Source of the DNA: an uncultured virus (IMG/VR IMGVR_UViG_3300043410_001952)
Lineage: Duplodnaviria; Heunggongvirae; Uroviricota; Caudoviricetes
IMG/VR virus record: IMGVR_UViG_3300043410_001952
Length of the DNA: 64,000 nt
Direction: 5' to 3' (one strand)
This document shows, piece by piece, positions 19,752 to 30,104 of the stretch. Each line of letters opens with the position of its first letter. The stretch's first letter is position 1. The notes beneath the pieces are model-generated. The model had not been told where the DNA came from, ran no database searches, and worked only from the letters and a program-made list of their open reading frames with translations. Made by a program: the position numbers and the translations under genes.

Positions 19752-19754
19752 GAC

Positions 19755-20195
19755 TTATACTGCAGCGTTCCACTTCTTTAACGCTTCTAAGTATTGTTTG
19801 CCAAAAATTTTCCATACTTGAGCTGTTGCAGGACCAAAATTACCCAATCCTTTACCTGCTACATTTGGATTACCCTCTTTCAAGAAATGCCATTTACCAT
19901 TTACGTTTATCCAGGGTTTACCTTGAGCATCCATCCAAGTTTGAAAACTTTGTACTTTTTGAGGAGTATCAAGTTCTTTTGGTGCTTTTAACGATGGAGT
20001 ACCACTTGGAGTTGTTTTTGGTTTTGTAACACCTTTAACTGGATTTACGCTTGTCGAATCAATTGCATCTTGCAAGGTGTCATCTAAAACATCCTGCTCA
20101 ACTCCTCTACCCTTTTTAATGATATAATAAGCAACACCTACAATAACAAGAATAGAACCACCAACCAATAACAATTGCTTAGTTTCTTTATTCAT
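19755..20195 (-). CDS. N-anchored protein with peptidoglycan-binding-like domain
   Basis: VQSFQTWM...GNFGPATAQVW resembles the PG_binding_1 GxxGxxT pattern. Confidence 0.5.
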   Translation of the reverse strand: MNKETKQLLLVGGSILVIVGVAYYIIKKGRGVEQDVLDDTLQDAIDSTSVNPVKGVTKPKTTPSGTPSLKAPKELDTPQKVQSFQTWMDAQGKPWINVNGKWHFLKEGNPNVAGKGLGNFGPATAQVWKIFGKQYLEALKKWNAAV

Positions 20196-20201
20196 GTTTT
20201 A

Positions 20202-20414
20202 TTATTTTATAGTGCTTTTGTTTGGAGTGCTTCTTTTCGCTGCAATCATTGCTTGAGCATTTGCCCCAACTACTGCACCTACAAGAGCAATACCTACTTT
20301 TAACCATGTTTTAGAAACATTTGCATATTTCCCTGAAGCCCAATAAAATGCACCTGCACCTACTACTGCTCCAATAACATTACTTTTTACTTTTGCTACT
20401 ACTTTAGTTCCCAT
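20202..20414 (-). CDS. small two-TM membrane protein
   Basis: Gly/Ala-rich hydrophobic helices. Confidence 0.7.
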   Translation of the reverse strand: MGTKVVAKVKSNVIGAVVGAGAFYWASGKYANVSKTWLKVGIALVGAVVGANAQAMIAAKRSTPNKSTIK

Positions 20415-20438
20415 TTTGTGTAATTTTAAATTTGATTT

Positions 20439-20639
20439 TTACTCTTTTATTTTGATGACTTCTTTGTCATTCATTGCATAATTAAAAGCAGCAACACCTA
20501 CAAGGATTGCCACAACTGGCATAATACCTTCTTTAACGTTTTTAACTGCCATTAAACTCATTCCAGCACCAACAACCAATGCAGCTGAACCAGCGATTGT
20601 TGCTATGCGAATTGTTTTTTTAACTGTTGGATTTGCCAT
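20439..20639 (-). CDS. small two-TM membrane protein
   Basis: two hydrophobic helices. Confidence 0.7.
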   Translation of the reverse strand: MANPTVKKTIRIATIAGSAALVVGAGMSLMAVKNVKEGIMPVVAILVGVAAFNYAMNDKEVIKIKE

Positions 20640-20658
20640 TTTATATTTGTTTTGATTA

Positions 20659-21156
20659 TTAAACTCTGTATTTAATACCTTTTGTCTTTAAAATATAATT
20701 CAATTTATTTATTTCAGTATCACTCATCTCGTAACGTAAGAATTGCGAAAGGGTATAATCCAAAGGAACTGCCCAATCGTATGTTTTACGTGTTGGTTTA
20801 CCCCATGCTTGTTGTAATGCCAAATAATCGCTATCATTATTTAATTTTCTAAAAATAGAATAGATAGCTTGTTCATCAGTACCAAGACCGAAACCTGCTA
20901 CTTCAATTTGATTTGCCCAAGATTTGTATTGTGATAAAGGAAAAGATAATGGATGTTTTTTAACTGATTGTTGAATTTCAGTTTCAACATCTTTATTTTC
21001 TTCATTTGCACGTTGTTGCTCTGCACTGAATCTTTTACTTGCTTTATACAAAGTATAACCAACTGCTGCAACTACACCAACTGAAATAAGCCCTTTAGCC
21101 CATGATGGAAGACCAGAAAAACTCTCTTTTAAGAAATTACCTTTTGCCATAAACAA
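20659..21156 (-). CDS. N-anchored protein with annexin-like repeat
   Basis: GLGTDEQAIYSIF matches the annexin GxGTDExxL..I signature. Confidence 0.6.
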   Translation of the reverse strand: MFMAKGNFLKESFSGLPSWAKGLISVGVVAAVGYTLYKASKRFSAEQQRANEENKDVETEIQQSVKKHPLSFPLSQYKSWANQIEVAGFGLGTDEQAIYSIFRKLNNDSDYLALQQAWGKPTRKTYDWAVPLDYTLSQFLRYEMSDTEINKLNYILKTKGIKYRV

Positions 21157-21285
21157 TTATTTCAACACGATGATATTTAAAGTGTTACACTATTTATTTG
21201 TTTGTTTAGGGCTTATAAATAGAGAGTTGTTGTTTGTAAAATTAACAAAAATTATTACAAAGTGTATTTTTTTACATTTTTTTTA

Positions 21286-22863
21286 TTATGAAGATGATTG
21301 ATTATCATTGTATAAGTTATCTATGTAGGCAATATTGTTTTTTGAAATAACTTGTAATTCACTTGGTAAATCTTGATAAGTATTGACCAAATCATAAAAC
21401 AAATCTTTTGATTTTAAATGTAAACCTATGTGTAATGTGCTTAAAGCCTTTTGAAATAAAACTATTTCTTCCTTATACCCAATATCTATATTTGTTTTTT
21501 TGGCATTTTTTACATTGTGATTTGCAACTGAAGTCCATGTATGGGCATCTATCCACTCGCCACGCCTTTCACATAAAAAACTTAGCATCAAGTATGCTTC
21601 TGGTCTTTCAGGGCAATAAGCGATAGCATTGTTAAAAGCAGTTTTAGTGCTTGTATCTCTATTACCTTGTAAAAACAAACATTTACCAACCATTATCAAT
21701 GATTCATACACCAAGTCTTTGTTTTCAGAAAACTCTGCACAACGTAAGAAAAAAGACAAAGCTGAAGGAAATTGTTGTTTTGAAAAGTAAAGCCATCCTA
21801 AAGCAAAGTTGTTTTCATCATTATCTGGTTTTTCAATAAAGTTTTTTAGAATTGGTGGCGTAATCTTTGAATTTGTTTTTGGTGATTGAATATCAATCAT
21901 ACCGATAAAACTTTCAAAGAAATCGCTTGTAAAACGTAACACAAAGGATGTTGAATCTTGAAATCCAAACGTTGCATAAAAATTATTTTCATGATACGCC
22001 AACCCACAACAAAATTCAATCCTCGCATCTAAAAACTTAAAATCTTCTGATATGTGAACAATATTCCACTTTTTATCCCAAACAATGAAACGATGATAGT
22101 ATTGACCATCTTTGTTTCCATTCTTATTGTGCCATAAATCAACCTCATGTGTAATTGCAACGTAATAATCTTTGTAAGAAATAACTTGTGAGCCACCACG
22201 TAAATCCCTATTCACTTCAATATTTTGTGGTATTGTAAATAATGATTGTGATGTTCCAGTTTCAATATCTGCTTTTACGACTTCAGTTGGATTTGTCCAT
22301 TTAACGTACATATAAGGCGCATCAATTATAGGCATCCAATTTTTTTCACAATATGTTGGTTGTGGTGCATCTATTCGAACTCTTGAAACTTCTTTATTAT
22401 TTTCAATAACGCTTAACTCCATTCTACCCTCACCATTTGGCGTTGTATCACGCCTCACGCCACTTAGAGCAAGTTTATTACCCCAATTAACCAAACGTGC
22501 ATCCTCAAGCCCTATAAACTCCCACAATGGCTCTATATCCAATTTGCTTGTATCAATTTTTTCATAGCTTAAAATTGAAAGTGTGTTTGGGTCTAATTCA
22601 CATAAAAAGTTGTTAGTGCGCAAGTGCATATCATTTTCTGGATGCAAGTATGCCAAAACGCCCCATTGATTTTGAAACTTTTGTTCTTTCTCGCAATGGT
22701 AAAGTGAATACTCAACACCACGTATGTTCACAAAGAAACGCCCATTTACAACTATGATACTTGGATTGCAAAGCCCTGTTTTGCCACTTAACTCTGCTGG
22801 TATTATCATTGTTTGCATATCGCCACCATTGAGCAATGCGTGTTTACAAAAGTTATAAATCAT
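21286..22863 (-). CDS. beta-propeller glycosidase-like (GH130-like) + TPR protein
   Basis: NPSI, GLEDARL, EKNWMP, RGGS, IEFCCGL; C-terminal helical repeats (PERPEAY). Confidence 0.6.
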   Translation of the reverse strand: MIYNFCKHALLNGGDMQTMIIPAELSGKTGLCNPSIIVVNGRFFVNIRGVEYSLYHCEKEQKFQNQWGVLAYLHPENDMHLRTNNFLCELDPNTLSILSYEKIDTSKLDIEPLWEFIGLEDARLVNWGNKLALSGVRRDTTPNGEGRMELSVIENNKEVSRVRIDAPQPTYCEKNWMPIIDAPYMYVKWTNPTEVVKADIETGTSQSLFTIPQNIEVNRDLRGGSQVISYKDYYVAITHEVDLWHNKNGNKDGQYYHRFIVWDKKWNIVHISEDFKFLDARIEFCCGLAYHENNFYATFGFQDSTSFVLRFTSDFFESFIGMIDIQSPKTNSKITPPILKNFIEKPDNDENNFALGWLYFSKQQFPSALSFFLRCAEFSENKDLVYESLIMVGKCLFLQGNRDTSTKTAFNNAIAYCPERPEAYLMLSFLCERRGEWIDAHTWTSVANHNVKNAKKTNIDIGYKEEIVLFQKALSTLHIGLHLKSKDLFYDLVNTYQDLPSELQVISKNNIAYIDNLYNDNQSSS

Positions 22864-22875
22864 GCTTATTTGTTT

Positions 22876-24231
22876 TTAGAAACCAAAGTGTTTCTGCCTT
22901 AAAAATCCAATGTCGTATGTTGTTGTCGAAACAGGAAGATTTTCATTATCAAATGGGTATTTATTAGGAGTAAATTGCCATTCCTTTTCTTTCCATTCAT
23001 TGCCCCATTTTTGAGCCATATATTCATGATTCATATTGTGGGCGTGTTCAACTTTTGGATATAAACTCATATCAGTACGCCACGTTTGAGAACCACTTTC
23101 CTTATATCCTTTGTCACCATGTAAATAAGGCAACATTACATTATCACATTTGATATCAAGCGATTGTATTCTAATTGCATAATCAATGTCTTCACAATAT
23201 GCTGGATAAAAATTCTCATCAAATAAACCACATTGTTGAACGACCCAATCTTTTAGTAAAAATAAGCACCATTCTTGATGTTTTGAAAACACCATGCCTA
23301 CATCTTCATTTTGCGCTTTTGTAGCCATTTCTTTTAAATAACCTGATGTAAAAGCAATATCATGATTGCAAATTACCCAATAAGGTTTTAGCATATAGGA
23401 TTTGATAATTAAATTCCAAGCACCAGCACACCCAATATTTGAAGGCAATGTACAAATGGTTATTTTACCAATATAGTGGTATTTTGTTTGTGATAACTCA
23501 AACAAGTCATTATCCAATTCACCACGCCCATTGTTGTTAATTATACACACCTCATCAACTGGGTAGTCAATACTTTCAATCAATCTTTTCAACCAATGAA
23601 CACCATTTACAATAGGCACACCAATTATGGGGATTGGATTTAATACCAATTCTTCAGTAGGCTTTATAATTTTTACATCGCTTTGTTTTTCCAAAATCAT
23701 AAGCCCATTATTGTTTGTAATGTTGATTTTGAATTTCCATTCTGGATTTTCAGTCATAAACTCAACGATTGCAGGTAATAACCCTAAACCACTTTGGCTT
23801 TTTTCAATGTAATTATCCTCAGCAATAAGCCCGTAAGTATATGTATCATGAAAAGCAATGTATTTTCGTGCCTTTTTGTGATGTAAGGCTAACTCTATTT
23901 TAAGTTGCTCGTAACAATGCCATGTGTCAATAAAAAGTAAGTCGGTTTCCTCAATCTCTATTTTACGAACATCTGCAATGATGTATTGTGCATTTTTAGC
24001 GTATTCATTTGCTTTTTCAAACAACAAAGCAACATCTGCATTGTATTCAAAATCGTATGATGTTAATTTAGCATTTGTATTTAAAAAAGCCCTTGTTGAA
24101 ATTGCATCTCTAACACCAAACTCAGTAATATGGTTACATTGTAAGGCTAACTCATGTAAATAGTGTAAATTTTCATTTATATCACTTGGTATAACACGAT
24201 ACTGCTCGTATTCACGTTCAAAGAAATTCAT
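22876..24231 (-). CDS. SAM methyltransferase - GT2 glycosyltransferase fusion
   Basis: EFGVR, DLLFIDTWH, FHDT; then N.GCAGAWN, NHDI, FDENFYPAYCEDIDY. Confidence 0.8.
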   Translation of the reverse strand: MNFFEREYEQYRVIPSDINENLHYLHELALQCNHITEFGVRDAISTRAFLNTNAKLTSYDFEYNADVALLFEKANEYAKNAQYIIADVRKIEIEETDLLFIDTWHCYEQLKIELALHHKKARKYIAFHDTYTYGLIAEDNYIEKSQSGLGLLPAIVEFMTENPEWKFKINITNNNGLMILEKQSDVKIIKPTEELVLNPIPIIGVPIVNGVHWLKRLIESIDYPVDEVCIINNNGRGELDNDLFELSQTKYHYIGKITICTLPSNIGCAGAWNLIIKSYMLKPYWVICNHDIAFTSGYLKEMATKAQNEDVGMVFSKHQEWCLFLLKDWVVQQCGLFDENFYPAYCEDIDYAIRIQSLDIKCDNVMLPYLHGDKGYKESGSQTWRTDMSLYPKVEHAHNMNHEYMAQKWGNEWKEKEWQFTPNKYPFDNENLPVSTTTYDIGFLRQKHFGF

Positions 24232-24253
24232 ACTTATTTGTTTTAAAAGAAAA

Positions 24254-24421
24254 TTATTTTGCTATCAAGAGTATTTGACCATGCTCAATCGTGCAATTGT
24301 ATTTTTGCATCAAAGCATCTAACTCTATTTTGAATTGTTGAACCCTTTGTGCCTTATCTTTTTCAATAATATTTTTGGCTTCTTGGATTGGGTCTAATTC
24401 TTTTTTTGTTTCCTCAGTCAT
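24254..24421 (-). CDS. 55-aa hypothetical protein (not in ORF track)
   Basis: MTEETKKELDPIQEAK...LMQKYNC; TAAATTTG promoter at 24444-24451 upstream. Confidence 0.55.
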   Translation of the reverse strand: MTEETKKELDPIQEAKNIIEKDKAQRVQQFKIELDALMQKYNCTIEHGQILLIAK

Positions 24422-24458
24422 ACTAATTTATTTTACGTTTAAACAAATTTAATAAAAA

Positions 24459-27362
24459 TTAAGGCACATAAACTGCATCTATTGAATTTGTAGTAGTGTT
24501 ATAATAAAAATAATAGTTTCCACTTACAGCACCAGTTCCAGGATTTATACCTGCTGAAGCATTTATGTAGTCTGTATATTGAGGAATATATTGTTGTGCA
24601 ACGATAAATGAATTTGGTAAGTTATTTGATGCTGGCGTTATTGAATCAAAACCTGCATTTAAACCTATACCCACTACTTGTGTTGCAGAGTTACCATATA
24701 AAGCATTATTACCAAAAGCAACAACATCATTTGCCGAGTTTTGATATGCAGAGCCATGCCCTATACACACTAAATTTTCTGCGATACTATTGTTATATCC
24801 CGACAACTCTCCAATACCTAAAAAAGCTGTTGTTTTATTTAGATATGCAGATTGATACCCAATTGCTAAAACTTGTTCATAAGCATTTTGATAAGCAGCA
24901 CTCTCGCCTATTGCTATTACCGCAGGGTTTTGATTTTGATATGCTGAATTTCTACCTATTGCTATTACATCTCTTGCACCAATATTTTCATACCCAGCGA
25001 ACTCTCCAATAGCTATAAAATGAGAACCTGTATTACTTCTACCTGCATCATAGCCAATACCAATTACATTATCACCTATATTGCCTCTTAATGCCTCAAA
25101 ACCAAAAGCAACAACTTCAGTTCCACTACCAGTAGCAAAAACATCTTTACCAAAAGCAACAATGCTTGGGTCATATTGCCACGTACCCCAATTGTTACCT
25201 GTAAGAACAAAATTTATTGTAGCACCTGATGTAGTACCAAAATAATCTGTTGGCGTAATACCTGCGTTTCCACCTAATAACCAAGCAGTACCTCCACCTC
25301 CACCTCCAGCAGGTCCTTGAATACCTTGAATACCTTGAGATTGGTTAAATCCTCCACCTTGAAGCCCTTGTGTACCCTGACGACCTTGAATACCAATTGT
25401 ACCTTGAATACCTTGATTTGAAATACCTTGCAATCCTTGCGTTCCTTGTCTGCCTTGAATACCTTGTGAGCCAATAGTACCTTGAATACCTTGATTTGAA
25501 ATTCCTTGTGTACCTTGTAAGCCTTGAGTACCAAAACCTCCTTGTACACCTTGTGTTCCCTGAACACCTTGTAATCCTTGTAATCCAATCAAACCCTGTA
25601 CTCCTTGTGTGCCTTGTGCTTGATTAAAACCACCTCCTTGTACACCCTGCGTACCTTGAATACCTTGAATACCTTGAATAGCATACGCCACTTGTGTGGC
25701 AGTAAGTATTACTGATGGTATTCTTGGTGATATTGGTATTGTACCAGCAGGGGTTGTTGTTAACGATAATTGTGTGCTTGAACCTGCAAAAACTAACTCT
25801 ATGTAATCCCCTGCGTTTAATTTTAACACAAAATTAACGGTCATTATGTATGCACCATTTACACCAGAGTGTTTTTTTGGAATAGTAGCTTTACTATCCG
25901 AATCTGGTATATTACCTGTACTTCCACTATCATTTAGTCTTAACCATAGGTTTGCATCTTGCTCATTTGAATTGTCAGAATTCGTTATTTGCACTGAAAA
26001 TGTAATTGAATATACACCTGCATTTGCAAACGTCATTCTTGAACCAGAAACTATTGAAACACCATTTGAATTGGGGTCAGTTGTATTTATGGTTACTATT
26101 TGCTCTGATGTGGTGCTTAACAAAGGTTGAGTTGTTGTATCCCAAAAAGAACCCCAATATCCAACTACACCACCTGCGCCAACAGGTCCAACTAAACCTT
26201 GTAATCCCTGCAAGCCTTGCGTACCTTGAGTACCAAAATTTCCTTGTACACCTTGTGTACCTTGAACACCTTGTATTCCTTGTATTCCTTGCAATCCTTG
26301 CAATCCTTGAACAGAATACGTTACTTGAGAAACACTTGCCCATTTAGAGCCACCATCAGGTCCATTGTAAGGCGAAATTGGTGTTGGAGTAGCATCTATG
26401 ATAGCTGTTATCGCATCTGATGTCCAAAATAATTCAACGTAATTCGTGCCACCTAAAATATCAGCAGATGTTATTGTTACTTCGATTTGCCTTTCAACCA
26501 ATGCTGGGTAAGCATCTAAGGCTTGTGACATCATTGTTCGTGCTATATTTGTACCACCTTTTTTGAAAAAAGTGTAAAAATTTATACCACTACCACCTGC
26601 AGTATCTCTCGCAGTAACATTACAAACTAATAAGTATGTGCCTTCGTATGCAAAAGTTATCTTAGAATTTGAAACAACTGAAACACCATTGCTTATGTAT
26701 GTTAAATCAAACTGAACTGCTTGTGGTGTATTTGCAACCAAAATAGATTGTGTGCCAAATGAGTAAAACGTTCCATAATAACCTATAACACCACCTGCAC
26801 CAACATCTCCTTTTAAACCTTGAAGCCCTTGTAACCCCTGTATTCCTTGAATTCCTTGCCCAGCAAAAGAACCAGGTAATCCCTGTATTCCTTGAATACC
26901 TTGTAATCCCTGAATACCTTGTGAACCAATTAACCCTTGAATACCTTGTGTTCCTTGAATACCTTGTGAACCAATTAACCCTTGAATACCTTGTGTTCCT
27001 TGAATACCTTGTGAACCAATGCCAGATGCTATGTTTAATTGAGCTAAATATTTTGTGTCAGCAACAATTCGAACCAACGCACTACCACCATTTGTATTGA
27101 TAACTACACTTGCACTTCCATTTATTGTATAACCACTTGGAGCATTTATTGTAATATTTTTTGTCGCTGCGTTATTAGAAGCATCAATAACATACAATTT
27201 GTAAATGCTATTCCATGCTCCTGCAGGTATATCAAGTAGGTTAATTGTTACAACATCAATCGAAGTGTCACACAATAAAATCTCATCAGAAGGGCTTACA
27301 ATTGGTGTGCCACTTACTGTCCTTGAAATATTTGAATATTGTTGTGATGGTAATGTACTCAT
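24459..27362 (-). CDS. collagen-like fibre/receptor-binding protein
   Basis: three Gly-X-Gln triplet blocks separated by two related C1q/BclA-like beta domains; C-terminal A[IF]GxxA repeats like trimeric adhesin heads. Confidence 0.85.
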   Translation of the reverse strand: MSTLPSQQYSNISRTVSGTPIVSPSDEILLCDTSIDVVTINLLDIPAGAWNSIYKLYVIDASNNAATKNITINAPSGYTINGSASVVINTNGGSALVRIVADTKYLAQLNIASGIGSQGIQGTQGIQGLIGSQGIQGTQGIQGLIGSQGIQGLQGIQGIQGLPGSFAGQGIQGIQGLQGLQGLKGDVGAGGVIGYYGTFYSFGTQSILVANTPQAVQFDLTYISNGVSVVSNSKITFAYEGTYLLVCNVTARDTAGGSGINFYTFFKKGGTNIARTMMSQALDAYPALVERQIEVTITSADILGGTNYVELFWTSDAITAIIDATPTPISPYNGPDGGSKWASVSQVTYSVQGLQGLQGIQGIQGVQGTQGVQGNFGTQGTQGLQGLQGLVGPVGAGGVVGYWGSFWDTTTQPLLSTTSEQIVTINTTDPNSNGVSIVSGSRMTFANAGVYSITFSVQITNSDNSNEQDANLWLRLNDSGSTGNIPDSDSKATIPKKHSGVNGAYIMTVNFVLKLNAGDYIELVFAGSSTQLSLTTTPAGTIPISPRIPSVILTATQVAYAIQGIQGIQGTQGVQGGGFNQAQGTQGVQGLIGLQGLQGVQGTQGVQGGFGTQGLQGTQGISNQGIQGTIGSQGIQGRQGTQGLQGISNQGIQGTIGIQGRQGTQGLQGGGFNQSQGIQGIQGPAGGGGGGTAWLLGGNAGITPTDYFGTTSGATINFVLTGNNWGTWQYDPSIVAFGKDVFATGSGTEVVAFGFEALRGNIGDNVIGIGYDAGRSNTGSHFIAIGEFAGYENIGARDVIAIGRNSAYQNQNPAVIAIGESAAYQNAYEQVLAIGYQSAYLNKTTAFLGIGELSGYNNSIAENLVCIGHGSAYQNSANDVVAFGNNALYGNSATQVVGIGLNAGFDSITPASNNLPNSFIVAQQYIPQYTDYINASAGINPGTGAVSGNYYFYYNTTTNSIDAVYVP

Positions 27363-28276
27363 AATAATCTTTTAGAATCCCTCGCTTCTTTGTAAAAAAC
27401 TTTTTTCAAACTTATTTGCTCATAAAAGAAACACATTGTAACATTCGTGTTTGCATAAACAGTGTAGTTCATAACATCCATTCCATCAGGGAAGTATGGT
27501 CTTCCAATACTATCCTTAAAATTGAACGCAATTATGTTTCCTTGTGACTGCATCGTATCAATTGTCAAAGATAAGTTTAGTGGGTCAACCAATACGTGTC
27601 CTTGAATGTTTTTATTTTGAAATTGAATTGGTGCAGTAATTTGTCGTGCTATTGCATTTTTTGACCCATCAACAGTGCAATAAGCATTATGTATCATTAT
27701 TGGATTTGCCAACATATTGAATAAAACATCACTATATTGTATCAATCCTCCTTGAACTGTTATTCTATTGTTTAAGTTTTGAGATGTTGAAAATAAATAA
27801 TTCAAAGGCATAGAGGGGTCAAACAAAGAAACAGTGAAATCAACTTCTGAATCGTTTGCAATGTTTATTACCAACTCCTTTAGCTTTTTACCATCTGTGT
27901 AACCAATTTGTCTACGTGCTTCGTTTTTTCTTGTTTGATTAAGAATGAATTTCGAAACATTTTGAACGATAACTGGTGTATCACGTGGCACAACAACTCT
28001 TGATGATTTATTTTGCCCAAATGGGGCGCATGATTGTGCGGTTACATTGTTTGGGGATAATCTTTTATTATTGTCAATGGTTCTATTTACCTTGCGAAAT
28101 ATCTTTTTGAAATCATCACTACCTCCATCAATGCTACTAAAATCCAAATTGTTTACAGCATCATCAAAGTAGTTAAACTCTTCGTTTGGTGTATAGATAG
28201 AATTACCTCTGCCACGCAAAAAGTTGTTTAGACGAGCATCTAAACCAGAATAATCTTCGGCATCCCATAATTCCAT
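27359..28276 (-). CDS. capsid-protein paralog (minor/vertex candidate)
   Basis: C-terminal half aligns with 35702..36475: LF, QGG..Y, PLNL, Q.Q.NI, DG, TVYANT. Confidence 0.6.
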   Translation of the reverse strand: MELWDAEDYSGLDARLNNFLRGRGNSIYTPNEEFNYFDDAVNNLDFSSIDGGSDDFKKIFRKVNRTIDNNKRLSPNNVTAQSCAPFGQNKSSRVVVPRDTPVIVQNVSKFILNQTRKNEARRQIGYTDGKKLKELVINIANDSEVDFTVSLFDPSMPLNYLFSTSQNLNNRITVQGGLIQYSDVLFNMLANPIMIHNAYCTVDGSKNAIARQITAPIQFQNKNIQGHVLVDPLNLSLTIDTMQSQGNIIAFNFKDSIGRPYFPDGMDVMNYTVYANTNVTMCFFYEQISLKKVFYKEARDSKRLL

Positions 28277-28278
28277 TT

Positions 28279-29064
28279 TTAGTTCTTTTTAGCGAACTCT
28301 TGATTTTCAAAGCGTTGAATGTAATCCATTATTTTACGCATCCTTTCAATGTTACCCTTTGTTTGGGCTTTCAAGAATACATTTGCAAACACACAAATTG
28401 CATCTACTTTAGAAAATCCAAGTCCTAAGTAAATATACAAAGCATTTATGTCAGCACCAACCTCATTTTCAATTTCTAACCCAATTTTAGGATTTTTGTA
28501 TTTATGAGAATACTCATGCAAAAGAATTATCAAACGCATTGGAATTGTGTAAGCATTGAATTTCGTTTTTGCTACTTCTATTCTCCCTGATTGATGTCCA
28601 ATACGAGCAGGGGTGTTCATAATCGCACCCTTTTCATCTCTTATCGCATCAAAGTAAACAATCTTAAATTGGTCGTCTTTTGATTTGAAAAGTTTTCCAG
28701 TTTGTGATGCACCAACAAAACCTGCTACTTGACAAAATGGCACAGCAAGATTTAAAAATCCTCTTGTTTGTGCATCAAGCCAAATATTGTAGTCAACAAG
28801 TGCTGATTCATTTAATTCAACTTTAAAGTCTTTGTCAGTTGGCGATATGCTATTCAAAACACCAACAAAAAGCGTTTTAGGTGACACAGGGAAAGGAAAA
28901 TAAATAGTACGTGAACCATTTACAACAATCTCTCTATCACCATACTTAGAATTAGTTTTTTGAAACTCTTCAGCCCAAACACGAAACTTCTTTTCACCAC
29001 TACAAGTGATTGTAATGTTAAGTTGAAACTTGTTGTTATTTGAATCGTATTGTTGTGAAAACAT
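28279..29064 (-). CDS. zincin-like metallopeptidase (candidate maturation protease)
   Basis: ILLHEYSH followed by NEVGAD. Confidence 0.6.
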   Translation of the reverse strand: MFSQQYDSNNNKFQLNITITCSGEKKFRVWAEEFQKTNSKYGDREIVVNGSRTIYFPFPVSPKTLFVGVLNSISPTDKDFKVELNESALVDYNIWLDAQTRGFLNLAVPFCQVAGFVGASQTGKLFKSKDDQFKIVYFDAIRDEKGAIMNTPARIGHQSGRIEVAKTKFNAYTIPMRLIILLHEYSHKYKNPKIGLEIENEVGADINALYIYLGLGFSKVDAICVFANVFLKAQTKGNIERMRKIMDYIQRFENQEFAKKN

Positions 29065-29576
29065 TATGCAGTTTGAGTTTTATTGCCTCTTGTTAATACA
29101 AGTGCTAATATACCAATAATTGCAACACCACCTACAATATACCATACAGTATTGTCTTTTTCTGCTGGTGGAGGGGGCGTATTATCAACAGTTCCTCCAG
29201 TTTGACCGCCAGTTATTTTTTGTTGCAAATAAGCCAATGTTTGTTGCAAAGCAAATTGTCCTGCTGGGCTATTTTTAAATTTCTTCCAAGTTTTAGAAGT
29301 GTTATCCCAAAACTTACCATCTTTTTTTGCAGCATCAAGTTGCATTTGTACAGTTGGAGCAGTTCCTTTTTCTTTAGCTTGTTTTTCTAAAAAATCAAAA
29401 TATGTCGTTTGTGTTGATGAAGACGTTGGTTTTTCAGTAGTGCTATAAGTAACACTATCTTGTGGTTTTATACCACCAACTTCTTGACCTTGAGGCGAAA
29501 CAACATCCCCTACTGCATTTGAATAAATTGATTCTTTAGGGTTAACTAAAATTGGATATTTTGTAATTACGTTCAT
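29064..29576 (-). CDS. C-terminally anchored membrane protein
   Basis: MNVIT start, YSNAVG, PPPP linker, TM. Confidence 0.75.
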   Translation of the reverse strand: MNVITKYPILVNPKESIYSNAVGDVVSPQGQEVGGIKPQDSVTYSTTEKPTSSSTQTTYFDFLEKQAKEKGTAPTVQMQLDAAKKDGKFWDNTSKTWKKFKNSPAGQFALQQTLAYLQQKITGGQTGGTVDNTPPPPAEKDNTVWYIVGGVAIIGILALVLTRGNKTQTA

Positions 29577-29582
29577 ATCGTT

Positions 29583-30098
29583 TTATATTAAATCTTCTTG
29601 ATTAACTATTTTTACTTTTGGCTTTCCATTACTTGTACGATAAACGATGTAAGCACCTAATAAAGCACCTGCAATAGCACCATACAATTTGTATTTTTTA
29701 TCTGGCTCACCAATTAAGCCTTGTTTTTCTGCTACGTAAACACCTACTGCGCCAAGAATAGCACCAATAACCATTGCATCAGCGTAACGCACCTTTGGGT
29801 TTGTTGGTAATGACACTTTCTTTGTTTTAGGCACTCCATCAAAAGACGATGTTTTAGTTGGCATTGTGCCACCAACTGCCTTCGTTGTAAGTTCACGAAC
29901 AACATCAAGTGGAACGATACATCCCTCACCTACCAAAATGAAAGCAGGTTTATTATTTGCGTGTTTTAACTCACCACGAATAATATCACCCTTTCTAAAG
30001 CGTTTTGCTTTTACCTCTTGTGGTTTATGTGGAATACCCGTTACTTGAACGTAAGGAGCATTAAAATCATGCGTTATGATATAACTCTTTTGTGCCAT
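29583..30098 (-). CDS. membrane protein, two C-terminal TMs
   Basis: GAxxGA helices; SSFDG. Confidence 0.75.
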   Translation of the reverse strand: MAQKSYIITHDFNAPYVQVTGIPHKPQEVKAKRFRKGDIIRGELKHANNKPAFILVGEGCIVPLDVVRELTTKAVGGTMPTKTSSFDGVPKTKKVSLPTNPKVRYADAMVIGAILGAVGVYVAEKQGLIGEPDKKYKLYGAIAGALLGAYIVYRTSNGKPKVKIVNQEDLI

Positions 30099-30104
30099 TT
30101 TTTT

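Noticed and set aside
25274..27017. CRISPR array or alternative-frame ORFs in repetitive DNA
   Set aside because: Repeats are 9-nt collagen codon units with no unique spacers; alternative ORFs are shadows
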